DNA from: an uncultured Geobacter sp.
Lineage (GTDB): Bacteria > Desulfobacterota > Desulfuromonadia > Geobacterales > Pseudopelobacteraceae
Direction: 5' to 3'
DNA: 64,000 nt
Assembly: GCA_964418315.1 (NCBI GenBank)
Contig: CAYQMO010000002.1
Span: forward strand, 579 to 64,578
Shown: piece after piece, positions 7,799 to 18,056 of the stretch
How the letters are laid out: every line of letters begins with the position of its first letter
Position numbering within the stretch: position 1 is the first letter of the stretch
Made by a program: the position numbers and the translations under genes
The notes under the pieces: generated by a model
Database searches by the model: none
The model's input: the letters and a program-made list of their open reading frames with translations, nothing else
Told to the model about the DNA's origin: nothing

Positions 7799-9172
7799 CT
7801 ACGATATCCCGTATCTCCGCATTTTTTCCTTGAAGGCGTTATAACTGATCCCTAGCAGTTCCGCCGCCTGCATTTTTTTGCCGCCGGTGGTGTGAATGGC
7901 TCTTTCGATGGCCCACCGCTCCAGATCCGATAATTTGCACGATTGTAGGGGCAAAAAATCTTTTGCACCTACGTCTTTTGCCCCTACGGAACCCACGGCG
8001 TCAACGCCACTCGCTCTTACTTCTGCGGCGGTGATAATATCTCCGGCCTGAAAAAGCAGCCGTCGCAGGCGCTGCTTGAGCTCGCGAAAATTACCCGGCC
8101 ACTGCTCCGCCTGTAAAAGCTGGAGCGCTTCAGGAGTCAGCATGGGAGAGTTGCGACCCAGATCATCTGCCGCCTGGGCGATGAAATTGCTACAGAATTC
8201 AGGTATATCCTCACTCCTGTCACGCAGCGGCGGTATGTTCAGGACAACATCGCTCAAACGCAGCCAGAGGCTGCCACTGAAACGCCCCTGCAGAGCCTCT
8301 TCGCCCAGATCAGCCGTGGTAAGGGCTATAACTCGTACATCGCACTCTATCGATTCGATCCCCGCTGCCGGAGAATAGCTTCCGCTCTCCAACAGACTCA
8401 ATATTCGCTCCTGCAAAGAGACCGGAAGCAGCTCCGGTGATTTCAGCGCCAGCGTGCCACCATTAATTTCCTTCAGGATTCCACTGTCCCGATGCGGAGA
8501 GGGGCGACCACGTCCTGGCGTTCTGCCGAACAAATCAAGCTCAAGTTGCTCGGCGCTGCGACTGCGGCACTCTATGGTGTGCAGACGTTTTTTCTTTCGT
8601 CTGCTCATACTGTGCAGCAGCTCAGCAACCATCCCCTTGCCTGTCCCGTTTTCTCCACGCACAACGACTGCATAATCGCTCTCAGCCGCTCTGGTGATCT
8701 GTTCCCTGAGAGCCAGCATGGCGGGACTGTTGCCGCTCAAAAGGCCGTTTGTCTTTATCGCCTCGGATTTGAGGCGCTGAATCTCCCTCCGCTGAAGAAT
8801 CGGCAAAACCGCACGATTGACAGCATCCAGCATCCGAGCCGTATCAATCGGTTTTGGTATGTAGGCAGCGACCCCCAGTTCTATCGCTCGCAGCAGATAG
8901 GCGGTATCTGTGAAAGCTGTGCAGAGGATGACCGGGACATCCGGAAAGTTACGCTTTAACTCGGCGGTAAGCTCAAGGCCGTCCATGATCGGCATCCGAA
9001 TATCGCTTATAACTACATCGGGACGGTTTATTTTGAAAAGTTCAAGCGCCTCTCTTCCGTTGATGGCGGTCAGGACATTTTCAAAATGCAGGGTGAGAGC
9101 AAAGGCGACATGTTCGCGAAGTTCGGGCTCGTCTTCGACATAAAGGATCGTAAGGTTCGATGTTTCAGGCAA
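7799..9172 (-). CDS. NtrC-family response regulator (receiver + AAA+ + Fis-type HTH) with degenerate ATPase and sigma-54-contact motifs
   Basis: The receiver domain reads ILYVEDEPELRE...DVVISDIRMPIMDG. Walker A is GENGTGKG; WPGNFREL and PLRDRSEDI are present; the C-terminal HTH is AAELLGISYNAFKEKMRRYGI. A likely TTG start at 9172 overlaps the kinase stop. The ORF-track start at 9247 would overlap the kinase gene by 83 nt. Confidence 0.85.
   Translation of the reverse strand: MPETSNLTILYVEDEPELREHVAFALTLHFENVLTAINGREALELFKINRPDVVISDIRMPIMDGLELTAELKRNFPDVPVILCTAFTDTAYLLRAIELGVAAYIPKPIDTARMLDAVNRAVLPILQRREIQRLKSEAIKTNGLLSGNSPAMLALREQITRAAESDYAVVVRGENGTGKGMVAELLHSMSRRKKKRLHTIECRSRSAEQLELDLFGRTPGRGRPSPHRDSGILKEINGGTLALKSPELLPVSLQERILSLLESGSYSPAAGIESIECDVRVIALTTADLGEEALQGRFSGSLWLRLSDVVLNIPPLRDRSEDIPEFCSNFIAQAADDLGRNSPMLTPEALQLLQAEQWPGNFRELKQRLRRLLFQAGDIITAAEVRASGVDAVGSVGAKDVGAKDFLPLQSCKLSDLERWAIERAIHTTGGKKMQAAELLGISYNAFKEKMRRYGIS
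7945..7987. repeat. Family-B palindromic element (1.5 units), in frame inside the response-regulator CDS
   Basis: GTAGGGGCAAAAAATCTTTTGCACCTAC-GTC-TTTTGCCCCTAC is translated on the minus strand as VGSVGAKDVGAKDFLPLQ, between the AAA+ and HTH domains. Confidence 0.8.
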
Positions 9173-11927
9173 TTGGCAACTCGATTCTGAAGACAGTCTC
9201 TCCCGGTCTGCTCGTAAAGGTGAGCGTTCCACCCATGCTCTCCTCAATTATCTGTCTGGACATGTAGAGTCCGACACCGGTTCCCTGACTTTCCTCTTTA
9301 GTGGTAAAATATGGTTCAAAAACCCTGGACGCAGCTTCTGGCGGAATGCCGCAACCGCTGTCCGTAATTTCGATGACGAGGCAACCCCCTTTGACCAGCG
9401 AGGATATCGCGACACGGCTTGTTTCATCGCCGTTTGCGCTCCGCTTGTCAAGTATGGCGTCTCTGGCGTTGGCAAGAAGATTCAGGATCACCTGTGAGAA
9501 TTCATTTGGAAAGCCATTAATAATGCTATTCGTATCAATATCTTCAGCCATTGTAACTGTGATGCCGAGTGATTTGAATTGACCATCAATGAACCCCAGC
9601 GCTTCTTCTATTTTCTTCAGGACTTTGAAGTTTTCTTTATTTTTTTCCGGTTTGAAAAAATTCCTGAAGGAGTCAATTGTTTTGGACATATGGGTTATCA
9701 GTGCGGTAGCATCAGTCGCTGCCTTCTCCAGATACGCTTCGTCAAGTTTATTCATCTTGCGAGCTGCAAGCAGGTTTTGAAAAATGACGCTGACTGTTGA
9801 GAGCGGCTGACGCCACTGGTGGGCGATGGCGCCTATCATCTCTCCCATGGCCGCCATTTTGGTGCTTTGGGTAAGCAGACCTTCATTGGCTATACGACGA
9901 TTTGTTTCTTCTTCGACTCTTTGCATGAGTGTTTCGTTCAGAATTTTCAACTCCGACTCCATTACCTTGTCTCTGGTAATATCCTGGGTTGTGCCATAGA
10001 CTTTGACGACTTTCCCCTGAGTGTCAACAAGCGTTTTGCCGGTTCCGCGATGCCAGACTATCCGGCCATCGGGTAGCATAACCCTGCCGTCGTGCTGCCA
10101 GCCTGTTCCCTCTTCGAGAGCACGGCGAAAATACTGCTCCACTTTCGGCGCGTCATCAGGATGAAAAAACGGCATAACCTCTGAAATATGGAGAGATCCG
10201 GAGCCGGGCTCCAGACCAAGCAACTTGTACATCTGATCCGAATAGCCGAGCATGCCGGTCTCCGGATCAAAGTCCCAGTCTCCAATTTTTGCAACGGCCT
10301 GTGCTTCACGCAGTCGAAGATCGTTTTTCCGTAAAGCGGTTTCAGACCGTGTATGTTCTTCGCGTCGCCTGGCCTCGTTGGAAAGGAGCAGCGCCAGAAG
10401 AAGCGTAAAAAGCAAAATGGTCACTGAAGTTATAACCAGCCAGCTCATCCGCTCGCGAATGCCATGCCCTAATTCATGATTTGAGAAGCCGGTCACCATG
10501 ACCAGCGGCAGTTCGCCGATTTTTTTGAAAACATAGATCCGGCGGATAGAATCCACCTTGCTGGTGTTTTCATATAAGCCTGATGGCCGTTTCTGCAACA
10601 TCTCCCAGATTGGCGAATCAACCGGCTGCGACCAGCGGTCAGGAGATGGATCCGGTATGCGTGCTCGTAACTTTCTATCATCAGTACTGAGCAAGGAAGC
10701 GATATTGTGGGTTCCGGTCATCAGCCTGCCATAATAACGGGTAAAGGCTTCCGGGTTTACCGCCGCAAGCACGATGCCTCCGAAACTGCTATCAGGATTG
10801 CTGATACGATGAGTAATACGGAAGTGGTGTTTGCCTGTGACACGACCTGGCTCAACCGACGCGATAAACATCCGGTCAATGGAATTTGATCGATGGAAGG
10901 TAAAGTAATCCCGGTCTGATACACTGCGCCCGATTGCTTTCGGATCGTGCGCTATAACAATTCTGCCATCAGCCGCTATCAGGTAGATATTATCTATAAC
11001 CGATCGGTCAAAGCCGAGATTATAGATAAATGTTTCAGTTTCGCGAAGAGAACGGGTTCTCTTGTAAAAGTTTCGCACAGCGTTCAGGCTTGTTTCAACC
11101 TGACCGGTGATCTGGATTGTATGCTCTACAAAGGCGTCATTCGCCAGCTCGGTAGCGCGGATCATCCGCTCTTTTTCGCTATCCCTTATGTTGAGATAAC
11201 CGATGCCTAGCATGCTGGCAACGCCTACGATCAAAACCGTAACTGCACTCCAGAGCAGTAGCAGCTTATTACGAAAATAGTCTACAAAAACGGATAATCT
11301 TCCTGCATTTTGATCGATCTCGACCGACCTTTCTTTAAGACGGTTGGCCTCCATCCACATCACACATACAGTCATCAACGACATTAAGATGATGTAGCCG
11401 AACACCGTTATCCAACTGGTCGGGTTTGCGCCACGTAGTTCTGGCGGCGGCGGAGTAGAGAGTAACAGCACAGTAAAACGTACCGTCATCCAGGCAGTGA
11501 GTACAGAAAACAGGGCTGCCATAACTCTGGTAGGAATATCAAATCTCTGTTGCACTGCATTACGCCCAAACAGTAAAGCCGTAGGAAAATTAATGGCGGC
11601 AGCAGCCAGGGAAAACACCATACTTCGATAAATGCCATTCGGCTCAATCAGCCCCCAGTAGCAAAAAGCCGGCACCGTGAGCGCTACAATTACCCATCCC
11701 CACAAGTTCGGCGTACTGTGGCGTCTCTTGAAAAAGGCAGAAAAACCTGAATAAATGATTGGACCAGAAGAAAGCAGAGCAACATTTGTTCCGACAACAG
11801 TTGCCCATACCGGCAGAGTCGGGCCAATACCTGATACGAAGAAGCCGATAGAAAGCAGCAAAACAGAAAGAACCCAATTGCGGATTACAAGCGTACCAGG
11901 CTGGAAACGGACAAAAACCAGCAGCAC
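9165..11927 (-). CDS. Membrane sensor histidine kinase (multi-TM N-terminus, periplasmic Cache-like region, PAS, HisKA, HATPase_c)
   Basis: The first ~200 aa contain several hydrophobic helices. A PAS-like segment reads DWDFDPETGMLGYSDQMYKLLG. The H-box is IAHQWRQPLS, and the G-boxes include DSGCGIP...GTGVGLYMSRQI. Confidence 0.9.
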   Translation of the reverse strand: MLLVFVRFQPGTLVIRNWVLSVLLLSIGFFVSGIGPTLPVWATVVGTNVALLSSGPIIYSGFSAFFKRRHSTPNLWGWVIVALTVPAFCYWGLIEPNGIYRSMVFSLAAAAINFPTALLFGRNAVQQRFDIPTRVMAALFSVLTAWMTVRFTVLLLSTPPPPELRGANPTSWITVFGYIILMSLMTVCVMWMEANRLKERSVEIDQNAGRLSVFVDYFRNKLLLLWSAVTVLIVGVASMLGIGYLNIRDSEKERMIRATELANDAFVEHTIQITGQVETSLNAVRNFYKRTRSLRETETFIYNLGFDRSVIDNIYLIAADGRIVIAHDPKAIGRSVSDRDYFTFHRSNSIDRMFIASVEPGRVTGKHHFRITHRISNPDSSFGGIVLAAVNPEAFTRYYGRLMTGTHNIASLLSTDDRKLRARIPDPSPDRWSQPVDSPIWEMLQKRPSGLYENTSKVDSIRRIYVFKKIGELPLVMVTGFSNHELGHGIRERMSWLVITSVTILLFTLLLALLLSNEARRREEHTRSETALRKNDLRLREAQAVAKIGDWDFDPETGMLGYSDQMYKLLGLEPGSGSLHISEVMPFFHPDDAPKVEQYFRRALEEGTGWQHDGRVMLPDGRIVWHRGTGKTLVDTQGKVVKVYGTTQDITRDKVMESELKILNETLMQRVEEETNRRIANEGLLTQSTKMAAMGEMIGAIAHQWRQPLSTVSVIFQNLLAARKMNKLDEAYLEKAATDATALITHMSKTIDSFRNFFKPEKNKENFKVLKKIEEALGFIDGQFKSLGITVTMAEDIDTNSIINGFPNEFSQVILNLLANARDAILDKRSANGDETSRVAISSLVKGGCLVIEITDSGCGIPPEAASRVFEPYFTTKEESQGTGVGLYMSRQIIEESMGGTLTFTSRPGETVFRIELPIA

Positions 11928-12228
11928 AAGGCAGAGGCAGAGGCTCAGTCCGGCTGCAATGCTATAAAACGTCAGTGTGACAGGGATATCGAAAATGTTG
12001 GAGTCTCCTGGAATGTAAATATTCGGTTACCCCCCGTAGAAAGCTTACTTATCCACCTGAGAACCCTCGTTCCCACGCGCTGCTCTCATCGTTATACTAT
12101 ACTTTCGTCCTTCGCAGACCGTTTTTGGGTTAATTGTTCATGTCTACACTGGGATTTGTCTGTCGGAGAATGATCGGAATGGTGATGTTCATGGTGGAAA
12201 GCTACTCAATATTTCGCCATTGGTGGCT

Positions 12229-12263
12229 GTAAAGTGGGGATGCTTTTGACATCCCCACTTTAC
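12229..12263 (-). terminator. Perfect 14-bp-stem hairpin just downstream of maeB; possible terminator or REP, with no clear U-tract
   Basis: GTAAAGTGGGGATG-cttttga-CATCCCCACTTTAC lies 23 nt beyond the maeB stop. Confidence 0.4.
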
Positions 12264-12285
12264 GCATTGTCCGGCGTGATTGTTT

Positions 12286-14535
12286 CTAAATATTCTGTAC
12301 GTCTACCACGGCAATTGCTGCCATCTTGACGATATCATCAACACTATCACCACGTTGCAGAACATGTACCGGCTTGTTCATGCCCATAAGGATCGGGCCT
12401 ATCGCTTCACCGCCACCCAGATGGCGCAGAAGTTTGTAACAGATGTTGCCGGAGTTCAGGTCAGGGAAGATCAGGATATTGGGGTTTGTTTTTAGTTTTG
12501 AGAAGGTGAAACCTTCGAGCAGGCTTGGCACTACAGCCGTATCAGCCTGCATTTCCCCTTCGACGATCAGTTCCGGCGCACGCTGCTTGACGATTTCAAC
12601 CGCCTGTCTGACTTTTTTGGATTGGGGATGGTTAACTGAACCGAAGTTGGAAAAGGAGAGCATGGCAACCCGAGGCTCAATGTCGAGCATACGGACTTTC
12701 TCGGCTGAGAGGATAGCTGTCTCTGCAAGTTCCTCGGCGGTCGGATCGATGGTTACAGTGGTGTCAGCCAGGAAATAGACGTCGTTTTTAAACACCATCA
12801 TGTAGAGGCCATGAACGCTGGAGAGTCCTTTTTGTTTGCCGATGACTTCCAGGGCGGGACGGATGGTCTCCGGGTAATGGGTATCGATGCCGCCGAGCAG
12901 AGCATCGGCGTCTCCCATATGAACCATCATGGCACCAAAGTGGGTGCGTGATTTGCGCCTCAGGATACGTTGTGATTCGGTAAGAGTCAGTCCTTTGCGC
13001 TGGCGAAGGCTGTAGAGCTTTTCGATGTATTTGTCTGTCAGTTCCGAGTCGGCGGGATCAATAATCGGCACATTGAGTTCGATATTAAGTTCAGCCATTT
13101 TCTGTTCAACTTTTTTCTTATCGCCGATCAGAATCGGGTTGGCTATCCCCTCCTCCACCAGAACCTGGGCGGCTCTAATGGTTTTCTCATTGTCCCCTTC
13201 CGGAAACGCTATCGATTTCGGATCACTTTTAGCTTTGTTTATGATCATGCGCATGATCTCTTTTGATTTGCCCTGTGTAGATTCAAGGTGTTCGATGTAT
13301 TTGGCCATGTCTTCAATCGGCTGACGAGCCACACCGGTTTCCATGGCAGCACGGGCGATAGCTGGGGCGACGTGCAGGAGAACGCGAGGGTCGAACGGTT
13401 TGGGGATTATGTAGTCGCGACCAAAGGAGAATTTTACGTTGCCGTAGGCTTTACTGACTGAATCGGGTACCTCTTCGCGCGCCAGTTGCGCCAGGGCTTT
13501 AACGGCGGCTAGTTTCATCTCTTCGTTGATGCAGGTGGCACGGCAGTCCAGGGCACCACGGAAGATGAAAGGGAAGCCAAGGACGTTGTTGACCTGATTC
13601 GGGTAGTCGGAGCGACCGGTGGCGATCATGACGTCATCACGAACAGAACGGGCATCTTCCGGGGTTATTTCCGGGTCAGGGTTGGACATGGCAAAGATGA
13701 TCGGGTTGGGAGCCATGCTGGCAACCATCTCTTTCGTGAAGGCACCTTTGACAGAGAGGCCGAAGAGAACATCGGCACCGTTGGCGGCTTCCTCCAGGGT
13801 GCGGAAGTGGGTTTCAGCGGCGAAGAGCTCCTTGTAAGGGTTCATCCCCTCAACTCTACCTTTGTAGATAACGCCTTTGGTGTCGCACATGATCATGTTG
13901 TTCGGCTGTACACCGAGTGAAATGGCGAGTTTGGCGCAGGAGTTGGCGGAGGCACCGGCACCGTTAACGACGATGCGGATGTCTTCTATTTTTTTGTTTA
14001 CCAGGTGCAGGGCGTTGAGAAGAGCAGCGGAAGAGATGATGGCTGTACCGTGCTGGTCATCGTGGAAGACCGGGATTTTCATGGTTTTTTTGAGCGTTTC
14101 TTCGATGTAGAAGCACTCCGGTGCCTTGATGTCTTCAAGGTTGATACCGCCAAAGGTCGGCTCAAGCAGTTGGCACGCTTTTATGATTTCATCGGGATCT
14201 TCGGTGTCAAGTTCAATGTCAAAAACATCGATGTCGGCAAAGCGCTTGAAAAGAATTCCTTTCCCCTCCATGACCGGTTTACCGGCAAGGGCGCCAAGGT
14301 TACCGAGTCCTAATACGGCGGTACCGTTAGAGACGACGGCGACCAGGTTACCTTTGGCGGTGTATTTGTAGGCATCTTCAGGGTTTTTCTGGATTGCCAG
14401 ACATGGCTCCGCAACGCCTGGCGAATAGGCCAGCGACAGATCCGCTGCGGTCTGGCAGGGCTTGGTGGATACAACTTCAATCTTCCCTTTACGCCCCATT
14501 GAGTGATATTCGAGTGCGCTAATTTTTTTACTCAT
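12286..14535 (-). CDS. maeB: NADP-dependent malic enzyme (malic enzyme domain + PTA-like C-terminal domain)
   Basis: The 749-aa protein shows LSLAYSPGVAEPC, FHDDQHGTA and GAGASA motifs, plus a C-terminal phosphate-acetyltransferase-like half. Confidence 0.93.
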   Translation of the reverse strand: MSKKISALEYHSMGRKGKIEVVSTKPCQTAADLSLAYSPGVAEPCLAIQKNPEDAYKYTAKGNLVAVVSNGTAVLGLGNLGALAGKPVMEGKGILFKRFADIDVFDIELDTEDPDEIIKACQLLEPTFGGINLEDIKAPECFYIEETLKKTMKIPVFHDDQHGTAIISSAALLNALHLVNKKIEDIRIVVNGAGASANSCAKLAISLGVQPNNMIMCDTKGVIYKGRVEGMNPYKELFAAETHFRTLEEAANGADVLFGLSVKGAFTKEMVASMAPNPIIFAMSNPDPEITPEDARSVRDDVMIATGRSDYPNQVNNVLGFPFIFRGALDCRATCINEEMKLAAVKALAQLAREEVPDSVSKAYGNVKFSFGRDYIIPKPFDPRVLLHVAPAIARAAMETGVARQPIEDMAKYIEHLESTQGKSKEIMRMIINKAKSDPKSIAFPEGDNEKTIRAAQVLVEEGIANPILIGDKKKVEQKMAELNIELNVPIIDPADSELTDKYIEKLYSLRQRKGLTLTESQRILRRKSRTHFGAMMVHMGDADALLGGIDTHYPETIRPALEVIGKQKGLSSVHGLYMMVFKNDVYFLADTTVTIDPTAEELAETAILSAEKVRMLDIEPRVAMLSFSNFGSVNHPQSKKVRQAVEIVKQRAPELIVEGEMQADTAVVPSLLEGFTFSKLKTNPNILIFPDLNSGNICYKLLRHLGGGEAIGPILMGMNKPVHVLQRGDSVDDIVKMAAIAVVDVQNI

Positions 14536-14568
14536 AACTGTGTATTCTCCTCTGTCGTAGATATTGTT

Positions 14569-15441
14569 TTACGGTTTATATACTTTCAACAGCGCCTGAG
14601 CCATTTCGGCAGGACTGTCGGCGACACTGATACCGCACTCTCTTAAAATTGCAACTTTTTCTGTAGCCGTCCCCTTCCCGCCGGAGATAATTGCGCCGGC
14701 ATGCCCCATACGCTTGCCTGGAGGAGCGGTGATTCCTGCGATGTAGGCCGCAACCGGTTTGGTCATGTAATCCTTGACAAAGCGGGCTGCCTCTTCCTCG
14801 GAGGTACCGCCAATCTCACCGATCATAACGACCGCATCGGTGTTGGGATCGGCCTGGAACAACCGGAGGACATCAAGATGGTTGGTGCCGTTGACCGGGT
14901 CGCCACCTATACCGACGCACGTTGATTGACCCATGCCAAGGCAGGTGAGCTGCCAGACCGCTTCATATGTCAAAGTTCCGGATCGGGATACAACACCGAC
15001 ACGACCCGGTTTGTGAATGTATCCCGGCATAATGCCTATCTTGCATCCTCCAGGGGTAATGATGCCGGGACAGTTTGGACCAATAAGGCGTGTTTTCTTA
15101 CCCCGCATGAAATGTTTGACTTTAACCATGTCGAGAACCGGAATCCCTTCGGTGATGCAGCATACCAGATCGAGACCGGCATCGACCGCCTCCATAATAG
15201 AATCAGCAGCAAATGGTGGTGGAACATAGATAACTGACGCGGTAGCGCCGGTTTTTTCTACGGCCTCCTTGACCGTATCGAAGACCGGGAAGCCATCAAT
15301 GACAGTGCCACCTTTGCCGGGGGTGACACCGCCGACCATCTGGGTGCCGTAGTCCCGGGCACCCTGTGCATGAAAGAGCCCGGTCGCACCGGTTATCCCT
15401 TGTGTAATTACCTTGGTGTTTTTATCTATCAAAATACTCAT
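14569..15441 (-). CDS. sucD: Succinyl-CoA synthetase alpha subunit
   Basis: [26 protein letters not shown]..., [10 protein letters not shown], and [15 protein letters not shown] (active-site His loop). Confidence 0.96.
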   Translation of the reverse strand: MSILIDKNTKVITQGITGATGLFHAQGARDYGTQMVGGVTPGKGGTVIDGFPVFDTVKEAVEKTGATASVIYVPPPFAADSIMEAVDAGLDLVCCITEGIPVLDMVKVKHFMRGKKTRLIGPNCPGIITPGGCKIGIMPGYIHKPGRVGVVSRSGTLTYEAVWQLTCLGMGQSTCVGIGGDPVNGTNHLDVLRLFQADPNTDAVVMIGEIGGTSEEEAARFVKDYMTKPVAAYIAGITAPPGKRMGHAGAIISGGKGTATEKVAILRECGISVADSPAEMAQALLKVYKP

Positions 15442-15456
15442 GTGAACGTTTCTCCT

Positions 15457-16623
15457 TTAGCAGGCTGCTACAGCCTGGACAATTTTTTGAGCTGCGTCAG
15501 CCATACCGTCTGCAGCGACTATATCGAGGCCACTTTCGGCCAGAATCTGTTTCCCCTGTTCGACATTGGTGCCCTCAAGGCGTACAACGAGCGGGACGTT
15601 GAGAGATACCTGACGGGCTGCAGCAACAACGCCGGTGGCGATGATGTCGCACTTCATAATGCCGCCGAAGATGTTAACGAGGATGCCTTTAACTTTCTTG
15701 TCGGAGAGAATTATCTTGAAGGCTTCGGTGACGCGTTCGATGGTGGCACCACCGCCAACGTCGAGAAAGTTGGCCGGATCACCGCTGTAATGCTTGATAA
15801 TGTCCATAGTTGCCATGGCCAGACCGGCGCCATTGACAAGACAGCCGATGTTGCCGCCGAGAGAGATGTAGGATAGTTCAAATTGTGAAGCTTCGATCTC
15901 TTTCGGATCTTCTTCATCGTAGTCGCGCATGTCGGCAATTTTGGGATGGCGGAACATCGCGTTATCATCGAAACCGAATTTAGCATCAATAGCGAGCAGA
16001 TTGCCTTCAGCGGTGACAACAAGCGGGTTTATTTCGAGCATTGAACAGTCGCAATCCATGAAGGTTCTGTAGAGACCGAGCAGTACGTCAGAAGCCTTAC
16101 CGACCAGTTTGCCGGTGAGGCCGAGTTTGGAGGCGATGTTGCGGCATTGAAATGCAGTCAGACCGACCAGTGGGTCAACCGTTTCAATAAATATTTTTTC
16201 CGGAGTGCTGGCGGCAACCTCTTCGATGTCCATGCCCCCCTCGGTGGAGGCCATGACCGTCACCTTGGATGTGGCGCGATCAACAAGCAGGCTGACGTAG
16301 AGTTCGTTGGCAATGTTACACCCTTTTTCCACTAAAACGCGGGTAACAAGTTTCCCCTCTGCCCCGGTCTGGTGTGTGCGCAGAATCATGCCGAGAATCT
16401 CGCGTGATATGTTACGCACTTCATCCGGGGTATGGGCCAGCTTGACACCGCCACCTTTACCTCTGCCGCCGGCGTGTATCTGTGCCTTGATGACCCAGGG
16501 GCCGTCACCCAGGCGCTTCGCCCATTCGCGCGCACCGGCGCTGTTGTAGGCGACGTGGCCGTCAGGAACCGGGACGCCGAATTTTCGTAATATCGCTTTT
16601 GCCTGGTACTCGTGAATGTTCAT
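15457..16623 (-). CDS. sucC: Succinyl-CoA synthetase beta subunit
   Basis: [20 protein letters not shown], an ATP-grasp N-terminus, and [10 protein letters not shown] near the C-terminus. Confidence 0.96.
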   Translation of the reverse strand: MNIHEYQAKAILRKFGVPVPDGHVAYNSAGAREWAKRLGDGPWVIKAQIHAGGRGKGGGVKLAHTPDEVRNISREILGMILRTHQTGAEGKLVTRVLVEKGCNIANELYVSLLVDRATSKVTVMASTEGGMDIEEVAASTPEKIFIETVDPLVGLTAFQCRNIASKLGLTGKLVGKASDVLLGLYRTFMDCDCSMLEINPLVVTAEGNLLAIDAKFGFDDNAMFRHPKIADMRDYDEEDPKEIEASQFELSYISLGGNIGCLVNGAGLAMATMDIIKHYSGDPANFLDVGGGATIERVTEAFKIILSDKKVKGILVNIFGGIMKCDIIATGVVAAARQVSLNVPLVVRLEGTNVEQGKQILAESGLDIVAADGMADAAQKIVQAVAAC

Positions 16624-16763
16624 GAAGCTCTCCTTGGTAAGTTTGAATTGTCGCTAAACTACACATTGTCACATCTGGATAAAATAGTTGATTTCAAAGA
16701 AAAGTCAAACGGAATATTTAATTATGGTAAATATATTTACCTTTGATAAATAGTTTACTGGCT

Positions 16764-17216
16764 CTATTTCACTTGAATGTTGATCGACTTCAGTTTTGTC
16801 TTCTCCTTTTTAGGAAGTGTTATTGTCAAAATTCCTTTCTCGCAGTTAGCTTCAACTTTTTCCTGATCTACAGACGTCGGCAAACTGAAACTCCTTTGGA
16901 ACGTACCGAAGTACCTCTCTATACGGTGATAGTTTTCTTTTTTCACCTCGTCTTCATGCTTACGCTCACCTTTAAGAATCAGAGTGCTCTCCTCAATGCG
17001 CACCTCAATATCATTCTGGTCTACATCCGGGAGTTCAGCTTTTATGACAATAGAGTCGGCTGTTTCATATATGTCTACTGCTGGTTGCCAGAGCCCCTCT
17101 TTGATATCTTCGCTGGGTAGATCATGATTCCAGGAAAGATTTAGGAGTCTGTTCATCTGATCCTGCATTGTACGCAACTCTCGTAGCGGATTATATTTTA
17201 CAAGTGCCATAATCAT
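16764..17216 (-). CDS. Hsp20/alpha-crystallin family small heat-shock protein
   Basis: The alpha-crystallin core is PAVDIYETADSIVIKAELPDVDQNDIEVRIEESTLILKGERK...ERYFGTFQRSFSLP...GILTITLPK. Confidence 0.92.
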   Translation of the reverse strand: MIMALVKYNPLRELRTMQDQMNRLLNLSWNHDLPSEDIKEGLWQPAVDIYETADSIVIKAELPDVDQNDIEVRIEESTLILKGERKHEDEVKKENYHRIERYFGTFQRSFSLPTSVDQEKVEANCEKGILTITLPKKEKTKLKSINIQVK

Positions 17217-17393
17217 TTACTCCTTCTCTCAGCAATTTTTATCCGGTGTTATGAAGCAAAAAATGCTACCATAGCTCAGCGGCTCAAAAACGAGCTATAA
17301 CTTAAAAACAGAAAAAACCCATGCTACTCTATTTAATTCTCTTGAAAATGCCGTAAAACCTGTTTTTAGAGCAAGGCCTTCTCGTCCCTTATT

Positions 17394-18056
17394 TTATGCG
17401 GCTTTGCTCGACTTCAGGAACGTCAGCACCCTTTCACCCATGTTTTCAGGCAGTGTATAGCGCCGGATCGAGACAACGGTAAAGCCGCTGGCCAGTAGAC
17501 GATTATCATTCGCAGAAACTTCGCACTCCACCTGCCCACCTTTCATTGCAATCAATACTCCGCCTTCAGCAAGCAGTGGAGCAGCCAAAGCAACGAAACG
17601 ATCCAGTCGAGCAAACGCACGTGAGGTAATAACAGTAAATGAATTGGGTGCTGTTTTATGAAGCTCTTCAATGCGTGAGTGAATCGCTTCTATTTTTTTT
17701 AAATCAAGAATCCGAATAATATGTCGCTGAAATTGTATTTTTTTTTCTACGGCATCAACGGAGACCATAGAAATTTCCGGCCTGACTATTTTTAGCGGAA
17801 TGATCGGTAGCCCAGCTCCTGATCCAATATCAAGCAGACGATCATCTGTAGTAAGATGCGAAACAAGGTTGAGTGAATCAAAGAAGTGCTTTATTGCAAC
17901 CTCTCTGTCTTTTATGATTGCAGTCAGATTAAACTTTCTGTTCCATTTTTTAAGTTCAGCGGCATAGCGCTCAAACGCCGCTATTTCGGGGGTTGTAAGT
18001 TTCAGCCCGATTAATTGCGACTTCTGCGCGACCATGTCTCCGATATCTGAATTCAA
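17394..18056 (-). CDS. rsmG: 16S rRNA (guanine527-N7)-methyltransferase
   Basis: The SAM motif LLDIGSGAGLPIIPLKI is present. The gene sits downstream of mnmG in the conserved ori-proximal order. Confidence 0.9.
   Translation of the reverse strand: MNSDIGDMVAQKSQLIGLKLTTPEIAAFERYAAELKKWNRKFNLTAIIKDREVAIKHFFDSLNLVSHLTTDDRLLDIGSGAGLPIIPLKIVRPEISMVSVDAVEKKIQFQRHIIRILDLKKIEAIHSRIEELHKTAPNSFTVITSRAFARLDRFVALAAPLLAEGGVLIAMKGGQVECEVSANDNRLLASGFTVVSIRRYTLPENMGERVLTFLKSSKAA

Noticed and set aside
12049-12057. DnaA-box-like TTATCCACC upstream of the sensor kinase gene
   Set aside because: It is a single isolated one-mismatch match 12 kb from dnaA, with no cluster or AT-rich unwinding element. It is likely coincidental.
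17255-17272. Sigma-54-like TGGTAGCATTTTTTGCT upstream of the Hsp20 gene
   Set aside because: GG and GC are separated by 11 nt rather than the near-invariant 10 nt, and the -24 region is TGGTAG. This is probably a chance match.
17269-17297. tRNA-like string ATAGCTCAGCGG upstream of the Hsp20 gene
   Set aside because: It is only a 7-bp hairpin (ATAGCTC-N14-GAGCTAT). No acceptor stem, anticodon arm or GTTCGAATC-type T-loop follows, so it is not a tRNA.
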